The notes under the pieces are model-generated. The model was not told the origin of the DNA, ran no database searches, and worked only from the letters and a program-made list of their open reading frames with translations. Below are positions 1-12,792 of a DNA stretch of 64,000 bases, piece after piece. The translations under genes and the position numbers were made by a program. Position 1 is the first letter of the stretch, and each line of letters starts with the position of its first letter. Source of the stretch: Cenococcum geophilum (taxonomy: Eukaryota); the NCBI GenBank assembly GCA_050273025.1, contig CP158636.1:5022001-5086000 (forward strand). The letters run 5' to 3'.

Positions 1-740
1 TATAACCACAGACTTTACCTAAAATAATATTATCGCTGTGTATAATAGGGGCACACCTAATCTACATGCGCAGTATAGGTATGCTGCGGCCATTATGCAG
101 GCCCCTATAATATAAGACACTACTTAAATTAAAACTAAATAAAATGCGTAAACTGCTACTAAAGCATATATAAGGTATAGGAGAGAGAAGACTACATTAA
201 ATATAGGAGACGGAAGGTAAGGGCTTAATAGCTACGGGAATAACTGTACGCTAAGTTATATAAATGGAAACAACAGGCGATAAGCTAGGGGGCGTAGGTG
301 CCTTTCTAGCGTTTCCTACCTTTAATACTAGGGGGCTAGGCTAGCTATCCCAAGCCTTAACGGGCCAGAAGCGACGCCGCGTAATATTACTAGACTGTAT
401 AGGGATATAAGGGTCATAGGGGATATAAGGGAGAGGACGCCCCTATAGAAAGACCCTTATAGATAGCTATAGTAAGCTTAAGACCGGGATAATTAAGAAT
501 TAGACTTAACGCGGTAAATATAATATTTATAGCCGACTCTTAAAGGGTATATAGCTAATTAGTAAGAACAGGGGAAGAACTAGAGATAATAATAGATTTA
601 GATATAGAAGCGCTAGTAGGAACACAAGATATAGGAATGGAAAGCTCTATATAAAATAAGTAGTAACTAGGGTATAGATATAAGAGATAGAAGTTTTAAA
701 TATCCTAAAGAAAGTGGAAATAGAAGAAGCGAGGAATAAT
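1..740 (+). pseudogene. LINE ORF1 (gag-like, zinc knuckles), 3' part
   Basis: De-RIPed motifs C..QWGHTQSTC, C.HCAGPH...C and KCVNC...H.AW in the first 200 bp. End coordinate is approximate. Confidence 0.75.
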
Positions 741-777
741 AGAGAGGCGAAGGACCCTTCCTAGGGGTCCGCTACCT

Positions 778-3700
778 ATCTATTATACAGTATAACTATA
801 GCAACACAAACCACCGTCTTATAAGGCCCTTACTAGACAGTCTAGACCTAGAGAAACACTATATCCTTGCTATATAAGAGCCGTACTATAATACCTATAT
901 ATAATTAATATACTGCCCCTAAGGATTTCAGCTCCTATATAAACCAAAAGCAGCTATACGCGTATGCTTTATAATTAGTAAGACTATTAGCCTATCCTTA
1001 TAGTTATAGTAGGCAGTTAATCTAGATATTATAGTTGTAATAATCTAGATATATAGAGGACCGGTATAAATTATTAATGTATATAACCCAGGGTTAAAGG
1101 GGTCCCATAAATAGAGAATATTATATTAGTAATAAGCCTACTTAAAACCGAAGGTATAGAGTCTATTCTATTAGGAGATATAAACCTCTACCACCCGCGG
1201 TAGGGGGGTATCTACGTCGCTACTAAATGATAGGTAGAGTGCCTACTAAAAGCTATAAATACCTGGGGCCTTAAGCTAACTACCCCCCCTAGAGCAATTA
1301 TATGGCAATAAGGACCCGCTAGAAGTATAATTAACCTTATATTTATAGACAAAGGTCTATACTAGAGACTTAAAAGGTATAACCCTAAAGAAGAATAGGC
1401 ACTTACCTTAGACCATATCCCTATCCAAATATAGCTAGATTTAGACATTAAGGCGTAACTAAATAGTAAAAGATATGTAATAAGGATGCTTAAGGTAGAC
1501 AGTTTCCTTAATATAGTAGAATAATAACTCTAAGACCTAGAAGAAATCCACCTAATACCAAATAAGCGAGGCTTATTAGCTACCCCTAAGGAAATTAACT
1601 AAAGACTAGAAAGGATCTAGGCAGCGATTAAAAATAGGCTAAAAGAGTACTGCCCGGTCTTAAGACCGGGCCCCTACACGCGATATATATGGTCCATATA
1701 ATGCGTAGTTTTTATAGCTAGCCAATAATAAGTAAGAAGGAAATACTTAAGTAGCTATAACCCTAAAGATAAGAGATAATATAAAGACATAAGAAACCAG
1801 TTAAAGAATACCCTAAAAAAAAAAGGAATAACTGGAGACGATTTATAAACGAGTATACTTTTAACCCGAGCCTCCCCTATAATAAGGGCCTGTGGGCTAT
1901 AGTAAAATAGGCAAAGAAAAAGGTAGGGCAACTAGTAGAAGACTTATACCTATTACCCCTATAAAGAGCAGGGGAATTACAGGCCACTAATAATAATAAT
2001 AAAAAGGTAAAGATTCTTATAGAAAGGTTCTTCCCCTAACTGGCTCTAGTAGACCTTAGTAATATTATAGGTAAAGTACCAGTAACTTGCCTGCGGGTTA
2101 ATAGCGATATAATAATAGAGGAAATAGCCAGAACTATTAGCTGTTTTTTAAATAATATAGTATTAGGTCTAGATAGGATTTTAAATAAGGCCTTAAAGAC
2201 CTATGGACCACTTATAGCACCCTAGCTTATAGATATAGCCAGAGCATGCTTTACTATAGGCTATTACTTATAACTCGGAAGATCTATAATAACGGTTGTT
2301 TTATAAAAAGAAGGTAAAGCAGATTACTTAATCCCAGGAAGCTACCGCCCTATTGCCTTAAAAAACACCCTTAGTAAGATCTTAGAAAAGGTAATAGCGG
2401 ACTATATAGTAGATACGGCTAAGGAACACGCTTTACTACTATAAAGCTAAATAGGGGCAAGAAAGAACCGCTTAACACTATTAGCACTTACGCTACTCGC
2501 TACTACCATCAAATCTATATAGGCGATGTGAAGGGACTTTATAGTATCAATGCTTAGCCTAGATATTAGTGGCGCCTATAATAACGTACCCTATAAGCGT
2601 CTTTTATATATCCTTAGGGCAAAAGGCTTTCTAGAATAGATTGTATAATTTATTTAAGGGTTTATAGGTTAGAAAGAAACATTACTAGTCTTTAGCGGAT
2701 ACTAAAGCCCCCCTATTATAGTTGCAATAGGAATACTATAAGGATTACCCCTTTCGCCTATACTTTTCCTTTTCTTTATAAGTAACCTGCTTAACTCCTT
2801 TAAGAAAGAGGCGACCTAGGGAATAGGCTTCGTTAATAATATAAACCTAATTATATACGGGCCATTAGCCGTAGAGAATTGCAGAATGCTAGAGAAAGCT
2901 TATAACACCTATATAGAATAGGCAAGACAATATAGAGTCTAATTCTCACTAGAGAAATACTAGCTAATCTATTTTATAAGAAAACGTAACTAATCTATAA
3001 ATCTTTAGCATATAATCCGCATCTAAGGCTTTAGGGGTTAACTAGTTTAGGGCCTAAGGGTATTAGGAGTATAGGTAGACAGCAAGCTCCGGTAGAGCGT
3101 ATATGCGGCGTAAGCGGCCCGTAAGGGCTAAGTATAGTACATCGCATTATTTAGGATTGTCAATTCTATATAGGGCCTATGCTTTTAGAGGTTACGCCTA
3201 CTATATATAGCAGTTGTCTGGCTAACCATAACGTATAGGTCTAGTATTTGGGCCACTAGAGAATCTAAGAAAGGCCCCCCTAAGTCGCTCCTTAAACTAC
3301 TTTAAAAGGTCCAAACAGCCTGCCTTTAGAGTATAATAGGCGGATATAAGTAAACGGCCACAGCACTGCTTGAAAAGGAAGCCAATATTCCCCCCCTATA
3401 ACTATATATTAAAGCCGCTATAATATAAAGGGCCTAAAATAAACGCAATTCTAATGTTATAAAGTATATTAAGATACGCCTAAACAAACTATGGAGGGAC
3501 CCTAGGGCGCCCTATAGGAGAATAAACTAATAACCCTAAAGTAGGGAAGATATATTAAAGAAACAGGTAAAGAAAGTAGAAGAAAAATAGTGCTGCTTTA
3601 GGGCCCAGGCCTATATAGAGGAGGAAGGGAGACGTGTAAGAGGCTAGTAAAGATAATAGTAAGAAAGAGAAAGGAGCTAAAGCAGAGCATAAAAAAACGC

Positions 3701-4208
3701 TAGGAAACCATCTACTATAATGTAATACTGGTTAAACTAACGCTAGAGAGGTATATAGGAGTTAAAGGTATAGAGACTAACTAAGGTAAGAGGAACCTAA
3801 GCCGTAGCATAATTAACGCTATAGGGGGTAAATACTCTAGGGCTCCAAGAAGGCCTAATAAAGGCAGAAAATATAATAGTGACACTTTTAAAAATAGGAA
3901 TAATAGGACTAAAAGACTGGCTCTACTGGGTAGGTGTCCTAGTAAGTAGCCTAAGATATAAATGTGGCTAGCTAAGACAGACGCTAAAACACGTAATACT
4001 GTTATGCCCTTTACGTACTAACTAAGAAATAATACTTTTAGTAGCTAGCACAAAGAACTATAATACACTACTTTTAATATAAAAAGGCCTTAAGGCGGTT
4101 ACCTAGTAGCTTATTAGCTAAAATATACTAAACCAGTTCTAGGTTATAAGGGAAATAGTAATAGAGGGTAGGGGGGCGAGTAATAGGCGCCCCCTAATGA
4201 CTCTATAG
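778..4208 (+). pseudogene. LINE ORF2 (APE endonuclease - reverse transcriptase - CCHC)
   Basis: LAIQEPY (~865), GD.NLHHPRWGG (~1174), STIDL (~1323), SDH.P (~1408), GSYRPIAL.NTL.KILEK (~2337), LSLDISGAYDNV (~2553), GIPQGSPLSPILF (~2730), GFVDD (~2826), CG...QT.KHVILLCP (~3963). Many RIP stops. Confidence 0.92.
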
Positions 4209-4476
4209 TAGTAGAGTAAAGTTTACAATACTAGCGCGTCCGTAGGCTTATTACGGCAGCAGTGGTTCCTAAGGAGGTTAAAAAGTAAGGTAGTAGGAGC
4301 ACTATAGGTAACTCGCTAGCGCCTTGCAGGCGCCTTATAGGCGAGTCCTAAAAGGCAGGGAGATGGATTACGGGGTTTTCTTAAATGGAGTTTTCTCCCT
4401 ATATGTATATAAGGAGTAGTCCGCGTAGGCCTAATAGGGATCCGAATTGGACGTTAAGTAATGAATTATTATTATT

Positions 4477-7090
4477 AATATAACTTATACGTTTCTCTAT
4501 AATTACTTAGTCTTAAATAACTCTCTTATCTAGCTATATATAAAAGTCTTCCTACTTATTATTATATTACTATCTATACTACTTTTAATATAGTTCCGTA
4601 AGTGTATATAATCTATTTATAAGGAAATATCTCGTTATTACTGCATTATTATAACCTTTAGTATACCGTTCTTTAAATCTAGTTAGAACCCCTAGGTCCT
4701 CTTCTTATTCTAATTCTTTAAGCTACTTTACTCTTAGCGTGCCCGTTCTAGGCCTATTAGTAATTTTTTATATAAGTACTTTAACCCTAAGTCTACCTAG
4801 TATTCTTAACCCTTAGTAGCCTCTTTATTCCTACTATACTTTAATTTAGTTCTTAAATCCTTTCTAGTCTTCTCCTTGTTTATATCTAGCTATAAGATCT
4901 TCTAAATCTGTAAACTTTATAATTTTAGTGTTAATTGTCCAATCCTACGGCTAAATACTTTATTTACCTATTATATAACTCTTCCCCTTTATTATAGAAG
5001 CTCTATCTTTCTAATCTTCTACTTTAATCTATCCTTATAGATAACTAGCTTATACTCTTATCCTTTCTTTAAAATCTTAAGTCTTATCTCTTATCTCGTC
5101 TTAAGAATCTTAAGCCTTTGGCCTTTTACCTTTATTAAGTGCCAAAGTAGTTCACTATCCTACTTCTCTTACGTCTTATAAAGCGATAGATATTATATCT
5201 AATAGAGTCTTAGTTCCCATTACTAATCTATCCTTTATAATGGATTTAACTTCTACCTCTATTATAATATCTCTAAAGTCTATATACTCCTAATAAGCTG
5301 CCTTTATTACCTTATTATTACTAAATATTTTACCTATATTAAACTTATTATCCTTAATATCTAATCTATAAAATAGTTTGTTAGTTCCTCTAAACTTTAA
5401 TAATTTTAGCTTTTATAGCTAATAGCTTACGCTATACTTAGCGTCCTTATAAATTTGGTATGTATTATTATAATAAAACGCAAAACTTCTAATTAAATAC
5501 TTTTTAGTTCCTTATAGTATACTATTATCCCTTTATATATATATATATTATCTACTAATCTAGTTCCATTTACTATATAGTTATTTTAACTATTTTTATA
5601 GTTTCTAGCGAAATAACCCTATTTTTCGTAATTTATATAAGCTTCTTCTTTAAACCATTTTTCTTATAATAGAGTCCGCCTAAACGTCTTCTACTACTAA
5701 AATCCCTAGTTTAGCCTCTACTCCTTAGACCTTTAATTACTTAATCCTTATTCTCTAGGTTTCTATAGTTATTTACTTTTATACTCTTTAGTATTACTTA
5801 GGTCTATTAGGTCTTATCTACTATTTTATAGTTTCTAATGTAGTTAATGCGTACTTTACGCCTTATATAACTATAGAACTCTATTTTAACCTTTCTTAGC
5901 CTATTTTTATTAATAAATTCTATTATTAATCTTAATTACTTAATCTATTAGTTCCCTAAGTATATCCATATCTTCTATTAGAATAATTACGTCCTAGACT
6001 TTTACTTTAAGTCCCTATTTATAATATACTATAAGCGCCTTATTATTCTATTTAACCTATATAGCTAGCGTTTAAAACTATATTATATACTTAATTACTA
6101 AGGTCCGTTATACTAGGTTTTAAAGCTTTCTTTTTACTATAGTAGTTACTTATAGGTCCCTAAATATCTATATAAGTTATTCCGCGAATTCTCCCTAACT
6201 TAAGAATATAAATTTAACTTTTAAGTTTATAGTTATGCTTCCGTTTTCTTATATCTTAATAAAATAAGGTTTAAACCACTTAAGTACTCTTCCCGTTAAA
6301 AATAATCCTATATAAACTACTTGGTCCATTAATATAGTAAGCTTTATACCTTCTTATAATACTTTAAAACGTATTTATACTAAAAACCCTTTAAGCTTTA
6401 ACTTCTCTCCTAAGAATCGCTTAACTAATAGTAACTTAACCTTTACTACTCTAATGCTATTAATTCGTTCCTTAAGTATCTAGTTATTATCTATTAATCA
6501 ATTAACTATCTCCTATAGTTAACCTACCGTAACTAGCTGCGAATCTATATCTTATATATTAGTGTCCCTACTTATCCCTAAAGTGGTTACTGCCGTTAAT
6601 AGCATTATAACTGGTGCTTTTAGTAGCATATTATTTAACTTTATTAATATTATAACTAGGTAGTAAATATGTAATAAAGCCTTATAGGAAATACTACGGT
6701 AGATTTATTAATAGGCTAGGTATATAGGTAAATAAGAAGTTAATAATATAATAATAACTAATAGAGTAGTTGCCTAATGGATTAACTCTAAGTATATTCT
6801 AAGATTTACTATAAAGAAGAGAACTATCTAAGTAGGGACTGTAGTCCTTTAAATATATAATATTGCGCCTAAGAAATATACTAAGTATATCGGTACGTTA
6901 GTACGTCAGTATATCGCGTTCCTACGTTTCTACGTTTCTACGTTCCAAACTTATAACGTAACTAGCCATATAATTTAGCTACCGCTTATTCTATAGCTCG
7001 ATCGGTTCTAGCGCCTCCTATACTATCTTAACTAACCCGTTTATATCTCTTTTTAGTAGTCGTATTACTGCCGATATAAGGTCCGTAATA
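4477..7090 (-). mobile_element. Gypsy family A copy A0 (Skippy/CfT-1-like chromovirus): 5' LTR and gag, cut by the LINE
   Basis: 421-bp LTR at 6670-7090, reverse complement of the A1 LTR. gag starts MPPKAP at 6629 and carries KLP.IERF.GEK.KLKGFL.Q and AGLFLTGRALEWFEPYL motifs. Inserted between RNase H and integrase of Gypsy B. Confidence 0.9.
6670..7090 (-). repeat. 5' LTR of A0
   Basis: TGTAA...GTAATA termini (RIPed TG..CA); homologous to the LTRs at 31792 and 43856/51980. Confidence 0.9.
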
Positions 7091-10000
7091 GTTATAGTAG
7101 CGTTTAGGCCTATAATAAGATCTTTACAGCTATCTAGTTATTTAGGTCTTGTTTATACCTTATAAGAGCGTCTATACGGTTTATAGCGCCTAATCTATAT
7201 ATAATTAAGAAGTTAAACTAAAATAGGATATCTGCTTAGCGTGCCTACTAGGCTATAAGGGCCTTAGTTATTATAAAGTATTCTAGGGCCTTATAATCTA
7301 AAACTACCTTAATTGGCTTAGGGATCCCCTCTAGCTATATACGCCAGTGCTAAAAGCTAAAGATAATAGCTAGCATTTCTTTATTATAGATATAGTAGTT
7401 TAGTTTAGCATTTATTATAGTCTTTAAATAGTATATAATAGGGTGCTATTCTCCATCTAGTTACTTCTAGAAAAAAAATACCAGCTATTACGCTATCTAA
7501 GGTATTAGTTTCTAGTATTAAGGGCTATTCTGGGTTAAAATGGGCAAGTAAGGGAGCCAATACTAGCCGTTTTTTAAGCCTATTAAAGGCCTGCCTATAT
7601 ATAGCATTAAAGTAAAGGGGTAGGTCTTTTTTAGTAAGACGGTTAAAAGGCTAGGTAATTCTACTATAGTTCTTAATAAAGCGTTAGTAGAAGTTACAAA
7701 AACCTAAAAATAATTATACCCCCTTTACGGTCCGTGGGGGTGCCCACTAGTTAATTACGGCCATTTTCTCTAGGTTAGCTTTAATTCCATCTATACTAAT
7801 AATAAAACCTAGGTACTTTATACGCTTAACACTAAACTTTAACTGTTTAATATTAATCTAGAAGCTAGCCTTATAGAGCTATTATAGGACTTTATAGACG
7901 TGCTCCTTATATTCTAGCTTATTTTTAAAGTAGATTATAATATTATCTAAATAGGCCGTATAAAAGTCGTTAAGGTAGTTAAAGAGTATATTATTTATAT
8001 ACCACTAGTATGTAACTAGTCTGTTAGTTAGTCTAAAAAAAAGTACCTTATATTTATACATTCCGTAATAGGTCTAAAATATAATAAAATATTTAGACCT
8101 AGGATTTATTCTAATTTAGTAAAAGGCCTAGTGGATATTAAGCTTTATAAAGACCTTAGCTCTACTTATTTAGGCTAAAGTCTTATTAAGTATGGGTAGC
8201 GAATAGCGGTCCTTATAGGTTATAATATTTAGCTTATAGTAGTTAATATAGAAGCGGAGTCCCCTATTCAGCTTTTTAATAAAGAAAATAGGTAAGATAA
8301 AAGGGGCTTAGCTAGGCTTAATAAAGCCCTTATTTAGGTTATTAATAAAATATTACTTTATAGCCTATAATTCGGCAATAAACTGCTTATAAAGGGGGCT
8401 AAAGCTAAGAATATTTTTCTTACCCTACTTAATCTTAATTTTATAGTTATATGGTTAGTAAGGTAAAAGTATATTAGACACTACTTTAGAGAATATATTC
8501 TTAAATTTCTGGTGTTAATAGGGTAGCTTTTATTCTACTAGTTCTTTATTTATAAGCTCGCTTTCTTATCTACTAAACTTACTTTTTTTTCCTTAATTAT
8601 TTAATTAATTTTATATAAGCTAGTTATAAAAGTAATAGTATTAGGCTAAACTAAGTTTTAGTAAAATCCTACGGCACTAATATAGTAGATATTAACTAGT
8701 AAAAGGTCCGCTAGTTTCTTTACGGATATCTAGTAGGTTATATTTTACGGTATAGAGTTTATAGTCTTCCTTAGCTTACATTTTATTTTCTATAAGTTAT
8801 CTTTTCTATTTATTAGTTTAGTATAGTATCTAATATTCCTAGCTTTCCTTTATAGCTATATAGGGCCTAGGTCCTCAATAATTAACTTAACTAGGTTACT
8901 ACTAGCTTCCTAAGTCTTTAGTATAAGTAGTGTAATATAGCTAGTTTAGGGGTAGTATAGTATATAGATCTATTACGGGTTAAGCTGTATATCTTTCTTA
9001 AAGGCCTAATCTCTATATATAGCATCTACCTAATAAATAGTATTAATTTAGGGCTGTATAAGGTTTTCTATTATAATGCTAATTTCTTTTATAAAAGAAG
9101 GGGTTAGGGGTAGGGTTTTAGGCTAGATAAGCCGCCTACTTTATATATTAAACTATAAGCCTAAATAGGCTAGCTATTTTCTTTTTAAGATTATATTATA
9201 GCTTCCTAGGTCCATAATAAGGAAGGGAATATTATATTACCTTTATCCGTTAACACGGAGGTAAATCCGCAAAATAGTTATAATAAGTAGCCCTATTCGC
9301 CCGTTATACCCATAAATAAGAATTAGTTTAGGCAGTTCTTTAATAGGTATATTTAAAAAGTTAGCCAGCTTTATAGTATATTAAATATCTATTAAGGTAA
9401 AGGCATTTACTCTAAAGTTAGCTAAAGCAGAGGTTAAAACTTAATATATATTACGGAATAAAGTATAAGGGATAATATAGCTTCTTTTACTAACTAGCTA
9501 ACCTAGATTAATATATAATATATAAATTTCTTTTAACCCTAAAGAGGAGTCTTCCTCTAAGGTTCCTTTTTTTCTAACTCTACGCTATCCTTCTAAATTA
9601 ATAGGACTTCGTCCGCTTTTATATTTATTAGGTAATCCTTTATATAATAGCCTTTTTAACTATAAGAGAAGCAAGCTCCTTAATTACTAAGAGTATATAT
9701 ATAGGGGTTGCTATATATAGGCCGAGCATTTACTAGACCTATAGCAGGACTAGCTATACGGCTAGCTACTAAATTGGCGGCGGGCTATATAGGTAGTGCT
9801 ATAGGAGTTGCTAATCGTACTAGGGTATTATAGGCCGTTCTTATATTGCTTATAGTCTAATTTAAAGGGTTTTTAGCTTTATACTATTTAGCATATATCT
9901 TAATTTAGCAGAGACCTTAGCTAATAGCTAAGCACTAGTCTATAAGTTCCTTTAGCGTCTATATAATAGTAAAAACTAATAATACGGCTTACTATAGGTC

Positions 10001-10299
10001 TAGGGTAAGCTTATTAAATAGGTTTAGTATTAGATCTTTTCTAAGGAATTTAAGCCTAGCCAGCTAGGTATAAAAGTGGGTCTAAAAGGCTAAAAAGGTC
10101 TCTATCATTTTTGTATTTAGGCTTTTATAATTAAGTTAGGCGTTTTATACTTTAAAAGGGTCCTTATAAATAGAAGATAGGTAAATAATTATTTCTTTTT
10201 TAGAGAGGAAGAAATCTGCTAAGTCCTATACATCCCTACTAGTACGGCTGAAGATATAGGCCATTTTAGCCTAAGTAGTAGAAAAGTGGTCTGTATTAA
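7091..10299 (-). mobile_element. Gypsy B, segment 2: gag C-terminus, protease, RT, RNase H
   Basis: CFSCGQKGH..KDC (~9640-9680), ALADSGANAF (~9420), RT LRFCIDYRKLN (~8240), FGLTN...TWQ.YINN and YLDDI (~7940-8040), RNase H ETD.SDSVIAG and TDHKALEYF (~7280-7510). Confidence 0.9.
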
Positions 10300-10516
10300 T
10301 GTGAGGGGATTTTATAGATAGGGGGCTATAAGGACACGATTGTGGAATAGAATAGATTAGTAAGAGAGACGAATCCTTAAGGAGGTAAGGCCTCTAAGAT
10401 TGTAGAGACTATATACTACGGGTACGTGCCTCCGGTACGTAACTAGTAACTATTTAAGGGGCATCTAGGGGTTGTTTTAAGGGCAACCCGAGGTATCCGC
10501 AATAATATCCCTTATA
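10300..10516 (-). repeat. 3' LTR of Gypsy C
   Basis: TGTGAGGG...CCCTTATA; direct repeat of 25846-26062. Confidence 0.95.
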
Positions 10517-12792
10517 TTACCCCCCCCCCCCTTCTTACGGTCAGCCCCTAATTGCTATTACTTTACAGTAGGGAGATTATAAGGGCTTATCCTAGAAGGG
10601 GTTTAAAGAAATATTAGTATACCGCTATATATTATCTATTTATCTAACCCCTGCTTTAAACTCCTGAAAAACCTTAATAAGAAAAATATATAACTAGAGA
10701 AAAGATGTGAGGATTACTAGGAGACCTATTGGAAGCCTATTAAAAGTATACTAGTAACTACTTAGGCTAATATAGGGATTTTTATGTAACTCTACTTCTA
10801 AGTCTTTATACTAGTCTGTAATTATTATAAGTATTATAGGCAATTTAGTGTTCTAGTATAGTTCCGTAAAACCTTTTAATATAGGATTTAATATACAGAG
10901 CCTTATCTTACTGTTATCTTTAACTATTAAAATATAGTCTATAATTCTTTCTTATAATCCTTTTCTTATAATCCTCTATATTACTAATATATTACTCCTA
11001 CATTTACCCTTAGGCTATTAGATGCGGTTAAGGTATTAATTAGTTAGTTAAAGAGGCTTATCTCTTAAGATTTAGTATATATACTTTTAAATCTAGTAGT
11101 CCTATACCGTATATTTAGCGTAGCTCTACTACCTAGTAAATAGGGACATTTTATAATAGCAATTATAGCTATTATATAATTATTAAGAACGTCTATAACG
11201 TTACTCTTTAATACTATAGTATTATTTTAGGTCTAATTTAACCTATATATATCTTTAATTTAACGTCTTAATTGCCTTCCCCTGGTTATATAGTTAGTTT
11301 TTATAAGGAAGTAATAGTTAAATAACTTATACGCGTATTTCCTTTCTTTTAAATAGCGCTATTATAACGGAGTTATATTAGTAAGGTTGCGGCTATTTAC
11401 TAAAAGGGTATTGGACGGTAAAGTATAAAGATACTTTACTTATCGAGCTTAATCCTTTTCCTTAATACCTTACTTCCTATTATTAACCTTCGTCTAATTT
11501 AGACGTATCTTTAATATATTATTAAGATTTTCTTCTTTTTTATTATTAATTTAATATACCTCTTTGTTCTCCTACTAACTGCTCTTTTAAGTAAATTTTA
11601 TAGCGTATTCTAGCCTTACCTTTATATATAAAACCCTAACCACCGCTAACTTATAACTGGTGCTGGTCCTACCTAAATAATTTTACCTATACGTCTTTAA
11701 AAGACTAGAAATCTAATAATAGGATTTTAGAGGCTTATAATAAGACGCACTGCGTTAGATCTAATACCTTTAGTTCTTATAATCGATACATACGTACTAA
11801 GAGCGGCAGTTATATTAAGGTAAGCTTTTCTATCCTTAATAGATTTTTATTGCTAACTTTAGGCTTTAATAGCCTGGGCCTAAGTAGCGACGATCCTTTA
11901 ATATTCTTAACTACTATATCACCTAGGCTTTGTCTTATTCCAGCGCTAATACTAAATATCTTAGTTAAATTTAAGACTATACTATAGCTATCTACACCGC
12001 CTATAATTCCTAGTAAGCTAGCTAGCAATATTTAATATAAGAGTAAGGTTAGTATACTAAGAATAGGGTGTAGGATGGGGGTAATAAAAAGAAGGTCGCT
12101 GTTTATTATAGGAAGGAGTTCGCGTATATATATTAAGTTTTAAAAGAGTATAATATAATACGGTATTAGGTAGGTTACCCTTTAGGTACCTAGCAGATAG
12201 GTAACTAATAGTTGCTGTAGTAAGGTCTTGGTGGTTCTAGACTATACTAGCTAGCTAACGTCTCTATTTATTCTAGGCTTAAGCGTATCTTTATTAACTA
12301 TAAGCTTACTCCCTAAGAGCTTTATTAGTATTAGTTTAGACCTAATATTAGTATTAAGTGTTTAAGAGTCTTTGCTCTAGCTACACCTTATTATCCTACC
12401 CCTATTTTTATGCCTACCTATACCCCTACTAAGGGTTTTGGATCTTATTCTTGTTAGCTATCTCTTAGAGGGCTAATAGATACTAATTCTACTCCTAAGG
12501 ATAAGGTATAGTGGCTTTTCAAATTAGGTATTTAGGATTTATTCTTATATATAGTAGCAAGTAAGGACCTTAATTAGGTGCTTAGGAAGGCCTTAAAAGG
12601 CTTTTAGAAAGGGCTTAGGAGCCTTAGGAATAATATTCCTAGTATAAATTAATAAATAGGAATACAATTCTAGTAAAATGCCCTATTAACTCTATACTAT
12701 ATATATAAAAAGGCTGAGGACCAGTTCTGCCTTAGGCTATAGCCCTAATTTTTATAGTTTTTAGAGCTTTTCTGTTCTATATCCAATTTAAC

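Larger units (their letters stand above)
1..4476 (+). mobile_element. Tad1-like LINE (non-LTR retrotransposon), RIP-degraded, 5' end outside the window; inserted into Gypsy A0
   Basis: ORF1 CCHC knuckles at 1-200, ORF2 with endonuclease, RT and C-terminal CCHC, a 3' UTR, and an (ATT)n tail at ~4465-4476 directly abutting Gypsy family-A sequence. Confidence 0.93.

Noticed and set aside
4409..4460. Possible ribozyme near the LINE 3' end (CCTAATAGGGATCCGAA)
   Set aside because: The core residues and stems do not fit. It is more simply an ordinary LINE 3' stem-loop.
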